DNA from: Candidatus Aenigmatarchaeota archaeon | Lineage (GTDB): Archaea > Aenigmatarchaeota > Aenigmatarchaeia > QMZP01 | NCBI GenBank assembly: GCA_016782405.1 | Contig: JADHYO010000002.1 | Span: 1 to 41,093 of the forward strand | Direction: 5' to 3' | Length of the DNA stretch: 41,093 nucleotides | In this document: piece by piece, positions 35,440 to 41,093 of the stretch | Layout of the letters: every line of letters starts with the position of its first letter | Position numbering within the stretch: the stretch's first letter is position 1 | The notes under the pieces: model-generated | What the model saw: the letters and a program-made list of their open reading frames with translations, nothing else | What the model was told of the DNA's origin: nothing | Database searches by the model: none | Position numbers and translations under genes: made by a program

Positions 35440-36495
35440 CTACAGTGAATAGACACTCTCCCATTTCTCCATCACATGTGGCCAGTCATACTTCCTTGCT
35501 TCCTCTCTAGCTCGTTTCCTGAGCAAAGTCATATCCTTCCCGAGTATTTCTAAAATCTGCCCCGCAGCTTTCTCTGGGTTCCTGTAGTCAACCAGGAAAC
35601 CTTTCCCATTTAGGATGTCATTGTATGTAGGCAACGGGCTCACAAGAGGAACACAGCCAGATGCCATCCCCTCAAGCACAGAAATCCCAAACCCTTCATA
35701 CTCAGATGCAGAGGCAAAAAACCCAGCATTGGCAAGCAGCCCGAACTTCTCCTCCTGGGAAACGTCCCCAGCAAAAACAATATTATCCTCAAACCCCTCA
35801 ACCATTCCCCTCAACTGCCCAATCTCTCCGCCCCCAACAATAGTAAGCCTCACCCCCTTGTCCATTTCCGCAACCCTTCTGAAGGTTTTTACAAGCAAAT
35901 CTATCCTCTTGTTCGGAGCAAACCTTCCAACTGAAACAATCCCTTTCCCACACTTCTTACCTACCCTAAACTGTTGGGAATCAATCCCATTGGGGATGTG
36001 TTCCACCCTACCTGACACACAGGAAAACCTTTCAAAATCCTGCCTACTCACAGCCACCACACGCTCCACTGCCTGAAGGGAAAGGCGGGCTGCTGTTTGG
36101 AAATGCAACCTCTTAAGCAATCCAAGCTTCTTTGTATGGAAAAATCCCCCGTGTGTGGAAAGTATAATTCTTTTCCTGTGAATACACTTTGTCGCGGCAA
36201 TCATATCCAGGAAGTAACCCATACCGTGTACATGTACAACATCATATCCCTTCAACTTACTAAGTACACCCCTCCCAACCTTGTAATACTTCAAATCCAG
36301 AAACGGGACCCTGGAAATTTTAATGCCTTGATGCTCACCCTCACATGGGAGGTGGTTCCCGTCAGGGCAGCGATTCAGGCACAACACATCTGAGGTGTGG
36401 CCCCGCTTCCTCAACTGAATACAAAGGTCAAGCACGTGCCTTTCTATACCACCCACACATGGATGAAAATGATTGGTTACGTGCAGGATTTTCAT
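35440..36495 (-). CDS. GT4 glycosyltransferase
   Basis: GGIE, STHGG, IPNGID, VGRFAPNK, SEYEGFGISVLEGMASG. Confidence 0.92.
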   Translation of the reverse strand: MKILHVTNHFHPCVGGIERHVLDLCIQLRKRGHTSDVLCLNRCPDGNHLPCEGEHQGIKISRVPFLDLKYYKVGRGVLSKLKGYDVVHVHGMGYFLDMIAATKCIHRKRIILSTHGGFFHTKKLGLLKRLHFQTAARLSLQAVERVVAVSRQDFERFSCVSGRVEHIPNGIDSQQFRVGKKCGKGIVSVGRFAPNKRIDLLVKTFRRVAEMDKGVRLTIVGGGEIGQLRGMVEGFEDNIVFAGDVSQEEKFGLLANAGFFASASEYEGFGISVLEGMASGCVPLVSPLPTYNDILNGKGFLVDYRNPEKAAGQILEILGKDMTLLRKRAREEARKYDWPHVMEKWESVYSL

Positions 36496-37448
36496 GATCC
36501 CCTCCTGATAAACCCTTCGATCAGTCCCATGATAAACACCAGCGACCTTAACTGTAACACAGCAGGCGAGGCAAGCCCTGCCAGTTTGTCTCTCTTGAAA
36601 GCCCAGAAAGAAAATGGCAAAGTGGCAGCGACAATAAGAACGTACATTGCCACAGCGAACAGAAAAGCAGCCTCAAAAAATACAGATACAACCAGTGAAA
36701 TGAAGAGTATACCAAACAACCCAATCTGAAGCTTCAGCCCCTGCGTTGTATATGAGTCTCTCACCATCTTGCTCTTATGTTTTTTATACAGCAGCACCCG
36801 CCAGTAAGCCCTCCAAAATTTAACTCTCAGGTATTCTGATAGTGATGATGGGTGCATGTGGCTCACAAGTGCCTGCGGGTTGAAGACCAGCTTGTATCCC
36901 TCCTTGGAGAGTCGGTAAGAGAACTCAGTATCCTCCCCAGACGCCAAGGGAAAAGACTCATCAAATCCACCAAGCCTGCTAAAAACCTCTTTTCTATAAC
37001 CAGCAGAATATGTCCCTATAAAGTCCACATCCCCGAAACGTTTCATCCTTTCATACCGCTCCGCTATTTCCACTTGGCTGAATCGTGCCATCAGCTCTTT
37101 TTGCTCGGTTTGGTATGCCCCCTGAACCCCCCAAATCCCTAAATCCGCGAAGGGTTCCACCATCCTGGAAACCCAGTCCATCGCAGGGATGCAATCAGCG
37201 TCAGTGAAAAGCACAATCTCCCCAGAAGCCTTCCCCACCCCCATATTCCTTGCCGCAGCAGGCCCGCGCCTCCCCTGAGATATCAACTTCACGTCAAATC
37301 CCCTCACAATATCCACAGTCCTGTCAGTAGACCCGTTATCCACAACAATAATTTCCTTCTCCCCCATGTAGTCCTGGTTGAGTAGCGCATCTAAACATTT
37401 CCCAACACTACCTTCCCCATTATACACAGGAACAATAACGCTTATCAT
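36492..37448 (-). CDS. GT2 glycosyltransferase with C-terminal TM segments
   Basis: Start MISVIVPVYNG; VDNGSTD, AARN, FTDADC, GGFDE...GEDTEF. Confidence 0.92.
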   Translation of the reverse strand: MISVIVPVYNGEGSVGKCLDALLNQDYMGEKEIIVVDNGSTDRTVDIVRGFDVKLISQGRRGPAAARNMGVGKASGEIVLFTDADCIPAMDWVSRMVEPFADLGIWGVQGAYQTEQKELMARFSQVEIAERYERMKRFGDVDFIGTYSAGYRKEVFSRLGGFDESFPLASGEDTEFSYRLSKEGYKLVFNPQALVSHMHPSSLSEYLRVKFWRAYWRVLLYKKHKSKMVRDSYTTQGLKLQIGLFGILFISLVVSVFFEAAFLFAVAMYVLIVAATLPFSFWAFKRDKLAGLASPAVLQLRSLVFIMGLIEGFIRRGS

Positions 37449-38005
37449 ATAGACCTCGCAACAACCGCCATCTGCTCCCTGAGCCCTGGAGGAAGAAAAC
37501 AATGCATCAGCTTCCTTAGCGGGTAGAACCATTTGTGACTGCTACCTTCTGAGGATTCCTCTGTGTAAGGGAATGTTGCCCATCTCTCCACAAGGAACCC
37601 ATACTTTCCAAGCAGTGAAAAAAGTTCACCCTTACTAAAAAGTGACAAATGTGCGGGTTTCTCATACGACCTAAACACCCTATTGATAAGAGATTTTCTG
37701 TTAGGTGTGGTTATCACAAGAACCCCTTTTCTCCTAAGTACCCTGCGACCTTCCTTAAGAAAAAGTTCAGGCCTCTCCAAGTGCTCTATAAGCTCCCCAG
37801 CTAGCAAGGAATCAAATGTCCTATCCTTAAACGGCATGTGCGTTGCATCTGCTTTCACCACTCTTCCCCCAGGTCTCTTTATAACAGTATCAATACCCAC
37901 AACATCCCTTTCTTTACCAATCTCTTGGTGCAACGGCCCAACAGAGTGCCCCACATCAAGAACCCTTCCCTCAAGAGCCTTCCTAACAAAGCAGGTGCGT
38001 GACAT
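37445..38005 (-). CDS. Class I SAM-dependent methyltransferase
   Basis: VLDVG, GID, ADATHMPF, FD...ELIEHL, ITTPN; likely start MSRT. Confidence 0.88.
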   Translation of the reverse strand: MSRTCFVRKALEGRVLDVGHSVGPLHQEIGKERDVVGIDTVIKRPGGRVVKADATHMPFKDRTFDSLLAGELIEHLERPELFLKEGRRVLRRKGVLVITTPNRKSLINRVFRSYEKPAHLSLFSKGELFSLLGKYGFLVERWATFPYTEESSEGSSHKWFYPLRKLMHCFLPPGLREQMAVVARSI

Positions 38006-38049
38006 ACAAACAACTTCCACTATATATATAAGAACCTTTTCCCAGAACA

Positions 38050-40896
38050 CTATGCCTTGCTCTTCCTTTCTGTGACATGCTTAACAAGGTGTTTGAAAAG
38101 AACCTTTCCCCCCTTCACAATTCTCACCGCCTCCCGAGGGTTGGTAGCAGCTTGTTTCGCCATTTTCCCCAGGAACCTGGGATTTGTATAAAAATCAAGG
38201 CGCGCCTTGTTGCACCACTGAACAAGCTCATTAGCCTGGAGCCCTGGCCTGCTCACAGTAGACTTGTGAAGCCCCTCTGGGGTTATCCACTCCCTCCATT
38301 CATTAGTCTCCAAATAATTATTCTGCTGCGCCCATTCAAATGCAGCTGTTCCAGGATAAACCATCAAAGGATAGAACTGTGCAGAATTTGGATTCAGCTC
38401 TTTTGCAAACCCAATTGTGGCTTGCATACTCTCTCTGGTGTCAGTGGGGAGCCCCATAATAAAGCACCCATTAATAAGTAGCCCAGCCCTCTTGGCATTG
38501 TCCATGAACTGCTGCTGCATCCCCCTGGTCTGTCCCTTAGTCACTGCATTCAGACTGGACTGTGCAGAGGATTCAAACCCAACACACATCAACCTGCATC
38601 GAGCCTCCCTCATTTTCTGCATTGTCTCCAGGTCAGTATTAACCCTGGCATTGCACGACCATCCCACTCGAACGTCCCTGCCAATTAACTCATCACAAAG
38701 CCCAATTGTCCTCTTCTTGTCTGCTGGGAAAGTGTCATCCTCCACCATCACTTCATTGACAAATGGAAGCTTCTCCTGGATATATTCAAACTCATCAGCT
38801 GAATTCTTTATTGAACGAGGTCTGTAGGATCTTTGCGACGGAATGTTGCAGTTGCTCACAGCAACCCCATGAATAGTGTACGAGTGTGAATCCTTGACAG
38901 AAAAATTATAAACATATCCATTATATGGCCTTTTTGACACTTTGGTGATGGGTGCAAAAATATATTTGTCTACTCTTTTCCATTTTTTGGATTTTGAAAC
39001 CTTCTTTTTATCAAGGGTAAAGAGATTTCCAAGCAGGGAGTTCAGTCTCTCTTTGGCATTTCCAAAAACCCAAACATCATATCTGTCGTGCTTTGACTTG
39101 ATAACCCTTCCATTTATATTGCTTTCATACTTTCCTTTTTTGGTTACCTGTAAAGAGTGGTAGAAACCCATCCTATTCAAAATAAGTTGTAATTGCTCTG
39201 CAAGTATTTTTGAAGTGGTGTTGAAGCCTATCCTCTTGGGAATCTTGTATCCATCCCCTCTCATATAACCGGTCAGGATACTGATTTGTTTGTCCTCTGG
39301 AAGATGTAACCATCCCCAGGGAATTTTTTTGTTAGATGCCCCTGTCCCAAAAAGTTTTTCAAAAAGGGTGGCAACAAGAGCGGAGTGAACGCTTATTTGG
39401 TATGCTGTTATGGTGTCAGAAATCATACAACCCAACCCAAAATACATTTTCACCAACTTTTTGATATCCTCCAGGTATTCTGTTTCATTCTTATTGAAGG
39501 TGAAAACAAGAACCTTGGAATTCGGCCGTGATTTGAGTTTGTGTACATGACCTTCAGCCAGATAGTAACCAAAAAGCCGTAACAGGCCAGAATCCAGCTT
39601 GAGTCTCCTGGGGACAGGTTTTTTTGAGTAGGTGTACCTCACATCATCCTCCCCAATATGCAAAGCATATTCATGATATGTTATTCTCTGATAACCCTTT
39701 GCTATTTTACTCACAGTCTTGCGGTCGATGCCGCACAATATTGCCGTCTTTTTCATGGAATAGCCCCGCTTCAAAAGGGTTGCTGCTTTCTTGATGTCAC
39801 ACTCTTTCACCCTTGAGGTTTTTTTATGCTTGGATGTGGGTGTTCCTACGATTTCCACTACATCAATAACCCCAATATCCTTAGTCTTGCGTATCCGCGG
39901 CAGAGCAACATAATCCCCAACTGAGAGATTATCAGCCCTGATGGGAGAGGGCTCTTTTCCTTCACGGGAAGCATAAAGTTTGTGATTTGGGGTTAACTCT
40001 AGATGGGAAGGGATTCCTTGAACTTTCAAGACAACAATATCCCCTGTGAATTCCCTCTTCATAACAGCATCAATATTATGGAATTCACCATCATGAGAAA
40101 GAACCCTTGGCATATTCTTGCCATCAATATTGACAACACCACCTGTTTTCAGTCCAGTCCCCTCAATAAGTCTCCCTATGGAATGCATTCCCTTATCTGT
40201 TATCACAGGCATTTCAGGAGTTAAGCAAAAAGCGCATCTATACGGGCAGCCTCTTGCTGTGAGAATCTGGATTTCAGGCCACGTGACAGAAGCATAAAAA
40301 TATTTCTTTATCCCTTCCTTACCAAAATGTTTCAAGTAAATTTCAGAAACAAACGGAAGCGAGTCCAAATCATCTATCAGGCCAGCGTCCTTATTATCCA
40401 CTATCCCCTTCCCGTCCCTGAAAGAAAGCCCCTTAACCTTGTGCAGCTCCTTACCATCCCTGAGGCTCCTTGCCAACCCCCTAACAACAAAATCATACTC
40501 CCCCCTGCACACTGAATCAATTTCACGCCCCATTTTAAAACATTCCTCAGACATGTTAGTGGGAAATGTACCAACCAAGCTGACATGTGCCCCAGCAACC
40601 ACACCCTTAATCTTACCAGCAACATCAATATCATTCCTTATACTCGGCGTGGACGTGTCAATCACAACTAAGTCCGGCGAAAATTCCTTGGCAAAAGCAA
40701 TAGTCTCTTCCCGCCCCCACCCCCTAGCCACAGCATCAATCAACCTAACATCAAATCCATCCTTCTCCAAAGCGCCGGCAGCATACGCAAGATAGTAAGG
40801 CTGGTAAAGTGTTCCACTCTTGGCAACACATGGGGAGCGGGACTGACGCGAATATTTTGGCAGGAATGGTGGGTTGAGTGCAAGTATCTTAAACAT
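38050..40896 (-). CDS. B12-binding domain radical SAM protein interrupted by an intein (489 aa after splicing)
   Basis: LNPP, RGEYD, ARGCPYRCAF|C, EDDTF, VGFES, GLPTDT, YPGT. Confidence 0.92.
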   Translation of the reverse strand: MFKILALNPPFLPKYSRQSRSPCVAKSGTLYQPYYLAYAAGALEKDGFDVRLIDAVARGWGREETIAFAKEFSPDLVVIDTSTPSIRNDIDVAGKIKGVVAGAHVSLVGTFPTNMSEECFKMGREIDSVCRGEYDFVVRGLARSLRDGKELHKVKGLSFRDGKGIVDNKDAGLIDDLDSLPFVSEIYLKHFGKEGIKKYFYASVTWPEIQILTARGCPYRCAFCLTPEMPVITDKGMHSIGRLIEGTGLKTGGVVNIDGKNMPRVLSHDGEFHNIDAVMKREFTGDIVVLKVQGIPSHLELTPNHKLYASREGKEPSPIRADNLSVGDYVALPRIRKTKDIGVIDVVEIVGTPTSKHKKTSRVKECDIKKAATLLKRGYSMKKTAILCGIDRKTVSKIAKGYQRITYHEYALHIGEDDVRYTYSKKPVPRRLKLDSGLLRLFGYYLAEGHVHKLKSRPNSKVLVFTFNKNETEYLEDIKKLVKMYFGLGCMISDTITAYQISVHSALVATLFEKLFGTGASNKKIPWGWLHLPEDKQISILTGYMRGDGYKIPKRIGFNTTSKILAEQLQLILNRMGFYHSLQVTKKGKYESNINGRVIKSKHDRYDVWVFGNAKERLNSLLGNLFTLDKKKVSKSKKWKRVDKYIFAPITKVSKRPYNGYVYNFSVKDSHSYTIHGVAVSNCNIPSQRSYRPRSIKNSADEFEYIQEKLPFVNEVMVEDDTFPADKKRTIGLCDELIGRDVRVGWSCNARVNTDLETMQKMREARCRLMCVGFESSAQSSLNAVTKGQTRGMQQQFMDNAKRAGLLINGCFIMGLPTDTRESMQATIGFAKELNPNSAQFYPLMVYPGTAAFEWAQQNNYLETNEWREWITPEGLHKSTVSRPGLQANELVQWCNKARLDFYTNPRFLGKMAKQAATNPREAVRIVKGGKVLFKHLVKHVTERKSKA
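38851..40227 (-). mobile_element. Intein (459 aa) with LAGLIDADG endonuclease domain
   Basis: Block A CLTPEMPV, block B LTPNHKL, endonuclease motifs FGYYLAEG and LTGYMRGDG, block F VYNFSV, C-terminus VSN followed by Cys+1. Confidence 0.95.
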
Positions 40897-40948
40897 AGAT
40901 TCACCTGAACCCTCTTTTTCTGTTCAGTTTTTTAAAGGTATTCCCCAA

Positions 40949-41092
40949 TCATCCCGTTCTGTATACATAAAAATTCTTATAAGAAAACACATGATCCTCG
41001 AGCATTGGAAATTCCTCAGAATTCACCACAATATATTCAACATCAATCCCCTCCAAACATTCAACGCATTTCTCACTGAAAATCTTTTTGTA
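40949..41092 (-). CDS. C-terminal fragment of a gene extending beyond the window
   Basis: Open frame from the window edge: YKKIFSEKCVECLEGIDVEYIVVNSEEFPMLEDHVFSYKNFYVYRTG-stop. Confidence 0.6.
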   Translation of the reverse strand, partial: YKKIFSEKCVECLEGIDVEYIVVNSEEFPMLEDHVFSYKNFYVYRTG

Positions 41093-41093
41093 T

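Noticed and set aside
40905-40927. Hairpin CTGAAC/GTTCAG next to the GGTGA SD of the intein-containing gene as a riboswitch
   Set aside because: A 6-bp stem in a 52-bp spacer is too small for a cobalamin or SAM riboswitch and could be chance
1-41093. CRISPR array, rRNA or IS element
   Set aside because: No regularly spaced repeats, rRNA-like stretch or transposase ORF noticed; the window is almost fully explained by the listed genes

Overview
Archaeal chromosomal window, most likely a DPANN lineage (inference from rpS17e, TFS, EndA, DUF1512, a KGQ-type prepilin, SGC lipoproteins and TATA boxes just upstream of start codons). 1-14.4 kb is mostly housekeeping and surface genes. 14.4-41 kb is a large surface-glycan locus with nucleotide-sugar enzymes, GT2/GT4/GT-C glycosyltransferases, flippases, four SAM methyltransferases and three B12-binding radical SAM enzymes. 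One of the radical SAM enzymes carries a 459-aa LAGLIDADG intein inside its CxxxCxxC motif. The most striking region is 8.3-11.15 kb, whose tRNA genes the ORF track does not show. It contains tRNA-Asn(GTT) with two introns, a CCR4/nocturnin/Angel-like phosphoesterase and tRNA-Phe(GAA) with three introns. These are followed by a free-standing LAGLIDADG endonuclease whose reading frame runs antisense through the tRNA-Phe 3' end and stops inside the T-loop intron, a divergent winged-helix gene with candidate operators, and an atypical tRNA splicing endonuclease. This is a candidate endonuclease-driven tRNA-intron mobility and processing module. All family assignments come from reading motifs by eye; no searches were run.
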